Source of the DNA: a virus
Lineage: Duplodnaviria; Caudoviricetes
Direction: 5' to 3' (one strand)
Length of the DNA stretch: 35,005 bases
Virus record (IMG/VR): IMGVR_UViG_3300044676_000856
Coordinates: 1 to 35,005 of that record
This document shows, one piece after another, positions 25,057-32,700 of this stretch. The notes under the pieces are model-generated. The model was not told where the DNA came from. It worked only from the letters and a program-made list of their open reading frames with translations, and did no database searches. The translations under genes were made by a program, and so were the position numbers. Numbering within the stretch: the stretch's first letter is position 1; each line of letters starts with the position of its first letter.

Positions 25057-25140
25057 CCTCTTTACGAAAGGATTCGCCCCAGAGTCTTCGTAAACGTCTG
25101 CTGAGTCAGTCGCTGGGGCTGGGTTTATCTCAGACCTACA
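25057..25140 (-). ncRNA. Candidate pseudoknotted cis-regulatory leader RNA
   Basis: Stem GCCCCAG/CUGGGGC (25119-25113 with 25082-25076); enclosed UUUACGAA (25094-25087) pairs 8 bp with UUCGUAAA (25068-25061) abutting RBS; upstream GUCUGAG can pair with CUCAG or CAGAC. Confidence 0.6.
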
Positions 25141-25182
25141 GTCTATGACAACTGGGCAGTAAAAAAAAGTTCATTTATTTCG

Positions 25183-25230
25183 ATTTATTTGTGTATACAT
25201 TGTTGCACATCGACACGGGATCAGTATAAT
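25183..25230 (+). promoter_or_regulatory. Putative strong early promoter of right cassette
   Basis: TTGCAC (25203-25208), 16 nt, TATAAT (25225-25230); spacer contains CGACACGG; AT-rich upstream with ATTTATTTG. Confidence 0.7.
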
Positions 25231-25257
25231 AAAGGACATCAACAACGCAAACGGAGA

Positions 25258-25626
25258 ATGATGATGACAGTTAAAGTTTACCAGTTTCACCTAACGCAAG
25301 CCGACGAAGCTCTTTTGAATAAAGATGGTTGGCTGGCTTCAGAAAAGATCACCGCCTACGCCGACAAGGGCTGTAGCTGGAAAATCGAAGACGGTAGCTA
25401 CGATGCAGCAAAATGGTTCCACGCTTACTCTCACGTTGCCACGGTAGATTCCGATGATCTGGACGAGGTCTTTCACCTCACGAACCTTTGGCACAAGCCT
25501 GAGCTGGTAGAGAAGCACTCAAGAATGCACAGCGTTTCTGTCGGTGACATCTTGGAAATGAACGGCGAGTTCTTCCTAGTAGCCGGATGCGGCTTTGAAG
25601 CTCTTAACATAAACGAGGCGGCGTAA
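25258..25626 (+). CDS. YodL-like domain protein
   Basis: Start moved to ATGATGATG 25258 behind GGAG; VYQ, Y..VA, LDEVF..TN, HSVSVGDI....G..F.V...GF; ends NEAA*. Confidence 0.65.
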   Translation: MMMTVKVYQFHLTQADEALLNKDGWLASEKITAYADKGCSWKIEDGSYDAAKWFHAYSHVATVDSDDLDEVFHLTNLWHKPELVEKHSRMHSVSVGDILEMNGEFFLVAGCGFEALNINEAA

Positions 25627-25650
25627 GCCGCCCAAGGAGAAGATGATGAA
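25616..25650 (+). repeat. Gene-junction module, copy 2
   Basis: AGGCGGCGTAAGCCGCCCAAGGAGAAGATGATGAA; matches 3870-3905 (-). Confidence 0.9.
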
Positions 25651-25882
25651 AACAGCATACCTATCGCAGTGGGAAATTCAGCAAATGGCAGAAGCCGCTT
25701 TAACTTCATATGAGTTCAGTTGTTGTTGGAAGCGAGCTTTTCAAGAGGCCGCTGAGTTTGCTGCTGATGAGCTGGGTGTAAAGGCTACTCGCGCCCAAGC
25801 AGCAACAGCGGTAAGGATCGCGCAAACAGGCTGGGAAGGCATACGCATGTCAGTTCAGCAAGTCGTATATACCCCTCAGTAA
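25643..25882 (+). CDS. Hypothetical accessory protein
   Basis: AAGGAG RBS, ATGATG start, Ala-rich helical. Confidence 0.7.
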   Translation: MMKTAYLSQWEIQQMAEAALTSYEFSCCWKRAFQEAAEFAADELGVKATRAQAATAVRIAQTGWEGIRMSVQQVVYTPQ

Positions 25883-25895
25883 CAAAGGAGCAAGC

Positions 25896-26102
25896 ATGAT
25901 TCACGCGCCATTCACCAAGCCGGTCAAGAAGGGCCGGCCACTAACCACTGGTCGGTTTGACACAAGGGCCGAGCTAGAAGAAAACGTCATAGACCGTCAC
26001 GGCAGGGGCTGGTCAGTTCGTCGGATCGGGGTTTATTCAGGAATCACTTGGAAAACCGTTAAGACAATAATCGATAAATCAAAAGAAAAAAAAGGGGGCT
26101 AA
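25896..26102 (+). CDS. Small HTH DNA-binding protein
   Basis: AAGGAG RBS; KKGRP minor-groove arm; GWSVRRIGVYSGITWKTVKTII helix-turn-helix. Confidence 0.65.
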   Translation: MIHAPFTKPVKKGRPLTTGRFDTRAELEENVIDRHGRGWSVRRIGVYSGITWKTVKTIIDKSKEKKGG

Positions 26103-26116
26103 TGCCCCCTCCTTTC
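26081..26116. terminator. Intrinsic terminator of capsid gene (probably bidirectional)
   Basis: AGGGGGC-TAAT-GCCCCCT; long T tract on minus strand, weaker CCTTTC on plus; between convergent genes. Confidence 0.8.
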
Positions 26117-26118
26117 AT

Positions 26119-26134
26119 TGTTTCACATGAAGCA
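26119..26134. promoter_or_regulatory. parS-like palindrome
   Basis: TGTTTCACATGAAGCA versus consensus TGTTTCACGTGAAACA, 14/16; intergenic. Confidence 0.5.
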
Positions 26135-26135
26135 A

Positions 26136-27053
26136 TTAAGCGCCTTGTGAACCGTAGATTCCACGCCAGTCACTCCATCCGTAAGAGTAACGCTCACGGG
26201 CTTTGTAACGAATGTTGCCAGTCGTGAAGTCTGGCTCCATTGTGGTTTCCATCGCAGTACGTTGGAACATCTTCAGGCCTTCGCCAGCGTCAGTGACGCT
26301 AGTCAGCAAGAAGAAGGCATCAGGGTCAGTCAGGTAATGATTGACCGTATAGCCCCCGGGCAATACACCCGTGTTGCGTACAGCGTTGATGTCATTGTCG
26401 GCGGTGCCAGAACGCAAAGTTGAGTTCAGGATACGGTCAGCAACAAAAACCAACTGAGGTGGTACGACAAGCTTTGATGCTTGAACAGAGATCGTAAGAC
26501 CCTTGTCATCAGTAAATGTGCTGATATCAATCAACGCATCTTCCAAGGACGTTTCGTTCAAGTCAGCCATTGAGGTAGCACGGTTTGCAGCAGTGCCGCC
26601 ACCCGCTAGAGGGTGTGCCGTGTTAATCAATGTTACACCGTCGCCGCCAGTGTAGTCAGAATCGAACGCATTGTTCAATACATCTGCACCTTTGACTTCT
26701 TTGGTGTTAGCCATAGATCGGGCCAAAGCCTTCACGTATCGCTTGCCTAAACTATCATAAAGATTATCTTCCACGGCCTCGTCGGTAAGACTGAAGGCCA
26801 AAGCCACGGTCTCATGGGTGTAGCGAGCCGTATAAGACTCAGAGGCGTTGTCAAACTGTACGCCCTGACCTTCGGTTTTAGTTGGCGCTCCGCCGAAACC
26901 AGTAATCAAAACCTCTTCCTCGAAGGCTCGCTGTGAGTCTTCAATAGCAAAGATTTCTTCATACTGGCGGTCGTAGCTGTCGTAGCTCATACCGAATAAG
27001 GAGTTTAACCCCGGCTCCAGTTCTTTAGCGAGCTGTGCTCTTGAAATAGCCAT
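26136..27053 (-). CDS. Major capsid protein (Mu gpT-related HK97 fold)
   Basis: MAISRAQL.KELEPGLN.LFG..Y, S.RAFEEEV...GFG.A..K.EG, ARY.HET.ALAF..T.EA.EDNLY, NHYLTD.DAFF, YKARERYS.GWSDWRG..GS.GA; followed by terminator. Confidence 0.9.
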   Translation of the reverse strand: MAISRAQLAKELEPGLNSLFGMSYDSYDRQYEEIFAIEDSQRAFEEEVLITGFGGAPTKTEGQGVQFDNASESYTARYTHETVALAFSLTDEAVEDNLYDSLGKRYVKALARSMANTKEVKGADVLNNAFDSDYTGGDGVTLINTAHPLAGGGTAANRATSMADLNETSLEDALIDISTFTDDKGLTISVQASKLVVPPQLVFVADRILNSTLRSGTADNDINAVRNTGVLPGGYTVNHYLTDPDAFFLLTSVTDAGEGLKMFQRTAMETTMEPDFTTGNIRYKARERYSYGWSDWRGIYGSQGA

Positions 27054-27064
27054 TATTTAGCTCC

Positions 27065-27649
27065 TTATGCTAAGCCAGCGCCTTTAACGCCGAAGATTGA
27101 GTTTTGAATTACTACTAACACGTTAGTGTTTGCAGCGCCCGTGTCCGAGTTGTTCGGATCTTGCGATATGTCAATCGCCTTGATTGGCAAGGTTGTAGCT
27201 GTAGCACCAGTGCTTACTTCCAGCTCAGCACCTGAGATGCCAGTCAAAGTGCTACCCGCTGTGGTGTACACGATATCAAAGTTACCGAACAAGTCAGCAA
27301 CAGGGAAAGCCGCGTCAGCCTGCACTTCGTAGACAACATTCGGATCATCAATGATGAAAGCGATGATGTCTGAAGCGTTTGTGCTTGCAGGGTAGTAGTT
27401 GCTGTAAACCTGCTCACCAGAGGTGGGGTCGGTGTATTGGCAACCATTAAAAACACCAACTACAGGCACAGTGCCTCCGTCAGCGTGTACTTCCACCGTA
27501 CCTCCGGTGACCTGAGCAACCATATCGCCTTGAAAAATGGATGTTCCATAATTCGCAGCAATACGATATCGACTCTGTCCGCCAGTGTAAGGTGCGCCAC
27601 CGATCATTCTGACCGGCTTCATTCCAAATGCAGCGTCTTTATTCGCCAT
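27065..27649 (-). CDS. Capsid decoration / stabilizing protein
   Basis: MAN.D..FG..P, IF.GD.V, GVF.GC.Y.DP..G, DDP....E.Q; immediately upstream of MCP; AAGGAG RBS between genes. Confidence 0.7.
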   Translation of the reverse strand: MANKDAAFGMKPVRMIGGAPYTGGQSRYRIAANYGTSIFQGDMVAQVTGGTVEVHADGGTVPVVGVFNGCQYTDPTSGEQVYSNYYPASTNASDIIAFIIDDPNVVYEVQADAAFPVADLFGNFDIVYTTAGSTLTGISGAELEVSTGATATTLPIKAIDISQDPNNSDTGAANTNVLVVIQNSIFGVKGAGLA

Positions 27650-27660
27650 TTTGAATACCT

Positions 27661-28134
27661 CTATTTACGTCCAAATGTGACGTTGCTATCGCGCTGAGGA
27701 TCATATTTAACGTAACGACTGTCACCACGGGTTTCGTTGAACATATTATTGTCCAGCGCATCCGTAGCTTGTCTGCTCTTCGCCCGATAATAGGTTCTGC
27801 GCTCTTCAATCGTTTCGTTAGGGATCTTAGCTAATAACAACCCTTCGTTGTAAACCACGCCTTCGTGTCGGCCATTATCCATAGTTGGTAAAGAACGCCA
27901 TTCTGGAGGTAATTCGGTTCCTCTTACGAGTTCCCAGCCCTCCCGAATTCGACGCGAGACATTAGCTCGGTCTTCTTGTCCCAGCATAGACTCCCTGATC
28001 CACCTGTAGGTATAACCTGCCGGTGCTGGGGGAGTTTCTAATGACCTGACTGGTCGCCATGGTGTCCTGCGAGTCTGATTATCGTGTGACTGCGAATCAC
28101 GGGATGAACGTGCGTTTGCTTTTATTTCTGCCAT
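27661..28134 (-). CDS. Conserved head-module protein
   Basis: Start moved to ATG 28134; W.P...L..P..P.G..YRWIR....G..D..NV..R.REGWELV, GLLLAKIP. Confidence 0.7.
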   Translation of the reverse strand: MAEIKANARSSRDSQSHDNQTRRTPWRPVRSLETPPAPAGYTYRWIRESMLGQEDRANVSRRIREGWELVRGTELPPEWRSLPTMDNGRHEGVVYNEGLLLAKIPNETIEERRTYYRAKSRQATDALDNNMFNETRGDSRYVKYDPQRDSNVTFGRK

Positions 28135-28135
28135 T

Positions 28136-29086
28136 TTAGCTTGCCTCTCTTGATGCAATTTTTTGCTTCTCTTTTGCCACTCGCTGCAACCATGCCTCTT
28201 CAGACATATTATGCGGCTTGAGGCTCCTGAGTCGCTCTAGCTCAGACTTAGAAAAGCTCACGCCATTCTTTTTGCCTTGTGTTTTTGACCGACCACCACC
28301 TTGGGTAGCTGAAGCGACTCTTTGCACAGCGGGTCTGCTTCTACCTTGAACGGTCTTCGAGTTGCCATTACTGGCGCTCTTAGTGTGAGGATAAACCGTA
28401 CCGACGCGGCTGTCCAATTCTTCGTAATATTCATCGGAACCAACGTCGAAGCCTTCGTTCGCTAAATTATAGTGAACATAGTAGGCGTACTGGGTCGCCT
28501 TCATGTCATCTTCGTTATCTTGGTTCGCGTACCAAGGGTTTCTTTCGTGCCACTCCAACGCATCTTCTGTTGGCGTAACCTCTTGCTGAACCTGCTGCTC
28601 TTGGTAATTAACTACCCGCTCGTTACCTTGAGACTGATAAGACTCTTCCTGAGCAGCCCTTTGTCGAGACTTTGCTACACGAAGCTTTTCCTTCTGAATA
28701 GCAATATCATTCTGGAGCTTAGAGGCCTTGGTGATGAGATCCGCGTCTCCGCTTTCAACCGCCTTGCGGTAAACGTCATCGATCTGAGACTCTTTGGAGT
28801 TTATAGCCTCCTCTTCCTTAGCCAAAACAGTATTAGATTGTTGAATCGAATACTGGCGATACTGCTGAAGCTCAGCCTCTTTCTGCAAGGCAATTTGCTC
28901 AAGCTGCTGCGCCCTTTGCTCAGCCTCTCGGTGCCTCTGGTTAAGCTTGTTAATCCTTTTAGAAACCGACTTGGTGTAGTTTTCAAGCTCATCGCCATCA
29001 CCGCCAGATCCCTCTACCGGATCTTCGGTAACCTCAATAGAGACTTGCTCCTCTTCCATCTGCTCTGCGTTTTGATTTTCTATCAT
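28136..29086 (-). CDS. Probable scaffolding protein
   Basis: Acidic N-terminus, Y...V.KRI.KL, coiled coil, W...NPW, SDEYY.ELD, basic C-terminal helix; between portal and capsid genes. Confidence 0.7.
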   Translation of the reverse strand: MIENQNAEQMEEEQVSIEVTEDPVEGSGGDGDELENYTKSVSKRINKLNQRHREAEQRAQQLEQIALQKEAELQQYRQYSIQQSNTVLAKEEEAINSKESQIDDVYRKAVESGDADLITKASKLQNDIAIQKEKLRVAKSRQRAAQEESYQSQGNERVVNYQEQQVQQEVTPTEDALEWHERNPWYANQDNEDDMKATQYAYYVHYNLANEGFDVGSDEYYEELDSRVGTVYPHTKSASNGNSKTVQGRSRPAVQRVASATQGGGRSKTQGKKNGVSFSKSELERLRSLKPHNMSEEAWLQRVAKEKQKIASREAS

Positions 29087-29502
29087 GCGAAACTCACTAT
29101 GTCGTCTGGGTCTATAATTGTGCCAATGACCTCGTCGTCATTGATTATTCTGACTTCGCCGCCGTCCTCAAGCTTGAACCTAGCTCCGGCATAACGACCG
29201 ATTAGCACCCACTGTTTTTCTTCACACCAAGGCTTGTCTCCAAACTTTTCAGTGTCTCCGTAGCAGAGCGGCCCCATCTTTACAACATAGGCGACCACCG
29301 TGGCTAAAGCCTCTCGGTCTACCGTTTCTTTCAGGAGGTGGATGCCGCCTTCGCTTTTGGCTTTTCCTTGGTAGGGCAGAACCAACATGCGCCACCCTGA
29401 TGGGTTAGGCATTCTTTCGACGGCGGATTTTTCAAGCAAGGTTGGATCAAGAACTCGTTCGTCGCTTGAGACGTAAGCCGAGTCTGTTATTGGAGTTGTC
29501 AT
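29083..29502 (-). CDS. groES: Co-chaperonin GroES (Cpn10) homologue
   Basis: P.GWRMLV.P, K.EGGI.L, V..V...GP..Y, RYAG.R, EVRIINDDEV.G.I. Confidence 0.85.
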   Translation of the reverse strand: MTTPITDSAYVSSDERVLDPTLLEKSAVERMPNPSGWRMLVLPYQGKAKSEGGIHLLKETVDREALATVVAYVVKMGPLCYGDTEKFGDKPWCEEKQWVLIGRYAGARFKLEDGGEVRIINDDEVIGTIIDPDDIVSFA

Positions 29503-29685
29503 TTAGATTTCCTTGTAGAACTCTCTGATTGTTTCCTCCACCAAGTTTATAACAGTTAGCTCACCTTGCAAAGATTTATAATGTTCTATATCTTTCAACA
29601 TTCCATCCATCAAGACCTCTTGGATGAGTTTTCGCCGGTCACCCATTACCCGTTTTAGGCGAGAACCCAGATCGATGTCATCCAC
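29503..29685 (-). CDS. Conserved small hypothetical protein
   Basis: L..G...D.E.Y..L.G motif; GTG start overlapping upstream stop. Confidence 0.6.
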   Translation of the reverse strand: MDDIDLGSRLKRVMGDRRKLIQEVLMDGMLKDIEHYKSLQGELTVINLVEETIREFYKEI

Positions 29686-29855
29686 TACACTTTCTCGTGA
29701 AAGTCAAATCCGCGAGTAGCAGCACCAGCTCCGCGAGCCTTGATGACTTTTATCTTTCCGCCCATTGTCCGACGAACCAAAGCTGGGTCGGTGGGTATTG
29801 ATTTGATGCTCTTCTTTGGCGAGTCAACCTTTTTAACTCTGCTTAAATCTTTCAT
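29685..29855 (-). CDS. Small basic protein (56 aa)
   Basis: Hand translation MKDLSRVKKVDSPKKSIKSIPTDPALVRRTMGGKIKVIKARGAGAATRGFDFHEKV*; TGATG and TAGTG coupling on both sides. Confidence 0.7.
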   Translation of the reverse strand: MKDLSRVKKVDSPKKSIKSIPTDPALVRRTMGGKIKVIKARGAGAATRGFDFHEKV

Positions 29856-30196
29856 CATTCTTCCTCAGTTTGTTCGGTTTGCTTCTTCGCAGAAGATTTC
29901 TTTGGAGCTTTCTTGATAACAGGCTCTTCCTCTACTGCGATTTCTTCCTGAACCTCTACAGGCTCTTCGGCCTTGACCTCTTCAGGCTCAGGCGCTTTTG
30001 CTGCGGGAGCTTCAGCTCCAGAGAGCCTAGCCATCTTGGCTGCAATTCGCGCATCGCTTTTTTGCTTCTTCTCTTCAGCGTCCTTGGCTTTTTTTTCTTC
30101 GAGAGCGGCTTCTACGTCACGGGCGAGTCTTTTTCTTTCACGCAGCTCTTCAATTCTTTTTCTTACATAGCTTGTTGATGATATTAAATCAGGCAT
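29855..30196 (-). CDS. Charged Glu/Lys/Ala-rich hypothetical protein
   Basis: Coupled to portal stop (TAATG); low complexity. Confidence 0.65.
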   Translation of the reverse strand: MPDLISSTSYVRKRIEELRERKRLARDVEAALEEKKAKDAEEKKQKSDARIAAKMARLSGAEAPAAKAPEPEEVKAEEPVEVQEEIAVEEEPVIKKAPKKSSAKKQTEQTEEE

Positions 30197-32700
30197 TATC
30201 GGCCTCCCATGTTTTTGTTTTGCATGTCAAGCAGCTTTAAATCCGCCTGTTGATCTAGGCGGCGGATAGCTACGTCTAGCTTATCATCAGCAACCTCCCT
30301 TTGGATATTCATACGCTGCTTGGCGATTTCATTCTCCAAAAGCTTTTCCTCAGCACGTTGCTGTTGTTTTGCCTCAAACTGCTCATTCTCTGAGTCGATT
30401 GCCTTTTCCTTCAGCATCAACTCTTGCTGCCTGATTTGAACCAGAGGATCGGTCTCGTTGCCCTGCCCAATAGACTCCAAAAGCTCTTGAGTCAATTGCG
30501 CCAAGACGGGAGAAGATATCTTCTCGATCTGCATCTGAATTTGACTTTGCTGCTGCTGCAACTGATCAGGAGGAATCTGCCCTGACTGGGCAGCCGCCTG
30601 CATTTCTTGCATCTGCTGGTTAAGCTCTGGGGGTATCTGTCCCTGAACCATCTGCCCAGCCATAAACTGGAGGTGCTGCATCATGTGGCCAATTATCGCA
30701 CCCTGCAAAGGCGGGTTCTGCTTAACGACATCTGTCAAGAATAAAGACCTATGCGTGTCAATGTGCGCCTGATGGTTTTGAGGTTCAAAAGCCTGAGACG
30801 GCTGTCCCATCAGGAATCCGCTATTTTCAATACCCGCATCAACAGGCATTGGCTGCGGGGGCGGTGGTGGCGGCTGTATAAGGCTGTCAATATCATCGAC
30901 ACCTAGCGCCGCGTACATTCGCCTGTAGGCCTCGTAAATGCCTGTAGGGCCATGAATTTCAGGGTTAGATTGAACCATGGTAAGCAGCTCTTGAGCCATT
31001 GTGATCCGCTGGCTTTGGCTAAATATGTTGGGGTCAGATACGGGTATTACGTCAACCCGACCATCAAAATCCTGCCCCATAATCTCTTGTGGGCCGTTCT
31101 TTGATACATAAGGGTAATTTGGAGGCAAATACTCCGCAAACACCTTGGCGAGCAATTGAAACTCAAGCTTCTGGCTGTAGTGCAGTCGCTTATGAATTGC
31201 CGACATAACCTTGGTGCCGCGCTCCAATAGAGCCACCGTAGTGCCCACAGGCATCGCTTGGTTCATGTCGCCCACGTTCATATCACCGATGCTTGCAAAC
31301 CGCTTGCCAGACTCTACAAGCAGCCCTAATAGCTGCATAAGCACGTTACTGGGTTCTTTGATCGGAAGCGGTATCAGGTTTTCTCGCAATGACGCGCCTG
31401 TGGTGTCGATGTCGCGGAACTCGCCCGGCTGTAGCGGGGTGTCCTCGTCACGAATACGCATCCCGCGAGCCTTGAAACCTGCCGGGAGATTAGCCAAGGT
31501 TCCTGCATCAATTAACTGTCTTAGGATTGATGTGGCTGACTTAGATATACCACCAATCATATGGCTTAGGCCTAGGCCATAAAAGCCGAGGCCCGGTAAA
31601 AATTTGTACTGCACGAAAAAGTTGATCTTAGCCTTGCGAGGGTCTGTCTCAACGTAGTTTCGACGAATCGACAAGACCTTCTGAGATCCCTCGTCGATTG
31701 TGACGATATAAGGCAGCTTTAAGCCTGTAGGCTCGCCGTCTTCACCGACATCTTCAAATCCGGGGATATCTAAGATGGTGTGGGTCTCGTAGATGACGTG
31801 GTCACGATCCTCTTGGTACGATGGCCCCATGCCCTCTATTTCGTCAATCTGCTCCTCAATATCGCTCCTAGATACGTTGACAGAGCCGCCTTTTAGCTCC
31901 ACGTCAGCGTAAAACCCGTTGACCTGTTGCTTCTTGATTTCATTCCGACTCATGTTTAGAACGTGGGTCACGCGCTCGGCGCTAAAAAGATCGGTAGCTT
32001 CGTAGGGCACGATGAGGTCTTGGGGTTGAATAAACTTGCTCATCGCACGGCTTACGCCTGTGTCAAAGTAGACCTTCTTAAAGGCGCTGCCTGCGAGCGG
32101 CAGGTAGAACAAAAGCATATCTAGCTCTGGGTCATACTCTTCCATGACGTTGAGAATGTAGTAATTCATGAAGTCCTGAACCCGAGACGCTTGAGTCTCT
32201 ACGTCAGGATTTCTGGCCCCAACAATCTCCGCCTTGACTGGCCCCTTGGCTGGCAAAAGCTCTTTGTAAGCCTGAGCCTGAAACTGGGTCACTGACTCAG
32301 CCAAGATGGGGTGGATAACGCCAGAAGAACCTTCAAAGGGCTGGCTTCTGGAGTCGTCGAACTTCATCCCTAAATACTTTAAGCCGTCAGTATAAGTCTT
32401 TTCCCATTCAGATCGGCTTTCTTTGTCAGCCTTAATAGAGCTTACGACATCACCCGCCAGCTTGGAGAGGTCACTGTCTTCAATAAAATCGACTAAATTG
32501 GCGTTAAAGTCTGTTGCTATCTCCTCTTCCTCTTCGTCGATCTCGTCATCGACAAGAATCTCTTCTTCGCGCACCAGTATCTCTGCTGCATTGCGGATCT
32601 CATCGTTGCGAGTCATTTCCGGCTCGATCTCCATGGCGCTGCCAGTTGGCATAACGTCAGGATTGTCTTCGGTGCCTAAACCTCTTTTTTCAATAGCCAT
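30196..32700 (-). CDS. Portal protein (P22-like, long C-terminal barrel)
   Basis: 834 aa directly after terminase; D..SR.EWE, HP.LAE...QFQA, LF.L.L.GSAFKKVY.D, GFYG.GL, LRQL.DAG.L.N; Gln-rich coiled-coil C-terminus. Confidence 0.88.
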   Translation of the reverse strand: MAIEKRGLGTEDNPDVMPTGSAMEIEPEMTRNDEIRNAAEILVREEEILVDDEIDEEEEEIATDFNANLVDFIEDSDLSKLAGDVVSSIKADKESRSEWEKTYTDGLKYLGMKFDDSRSQPFEGSSGVIHPILAESVTQFQAQAYKELLPAKGPVKAEIVGARNPDVETQASRVQDFMNYYILNVMEEYDPELDMLLFYLPLAGSAFKKVYFDTGVSRAMSKFIQPQDLIVPYEATDLFSAERVTHVLNMSRNEIKKQQVNGFYADVELKGGSVNVSRSDIEEQIDEIEGMGPSYQEDRDHVIYETHTILDIPGFEDVGEDGEPTGLKLPYIVTIDEGSQKVLSIRRNYVETDPRKAKINFFVQYKFLPGLGFYGLGLSHMIGGISKSATSILRQLIDAGTLANLPAGFKARGMRIRDEDTPLQPGEFRDIDTTGASLRENLIPLPIKEPSNVLMQLLGLLVESGKRFASIGDMNVGDMNQAMPVGTTVALLERGTKVMSAIHKRLHYSQKLEFQLLAKVFAEYLPPNYPYVSKNGPQEIMGQDFDGRVDVIPVSDPNIFSQSQRITMAQELLTMVQSNPEIHGPTGIYEAYRRMYAALGVDDIDSLIQPPPPPPQPMPVDAGIENSGFLMGQPSQAFEPQNHQAHIDTHRSLFLTDVVKQNPPLQGAIIGHMMQHLQFMAGQMVQGQIPPELNQQMQEMQAAAQSGQIPPDQLQQQQSQIQMQIEKISSPVLAQLTQELLESIGQGNETDPLVQIRQQELMLKEKAIDSENEQFEAKQQQRAEEKLLENEIAKQRMNIQREVADDKLDVAIRRLDQQADLKLLDMQNKNMGGR

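Noticed and set aside
25763-25800. CTGATGAG hammerhead-core-like string (also TCATCAG at several coding positions)
   Set aside because: Inside coding sequence, with no stem II, GAAA or flanking stems
28472-29194. 240-aa Leu-rich plus-strand ORF
   Set aside because: Antisense to the Glu/Gln/Lys-rich scaffold and groES genes, which explains both the Leu content and the lack of stops
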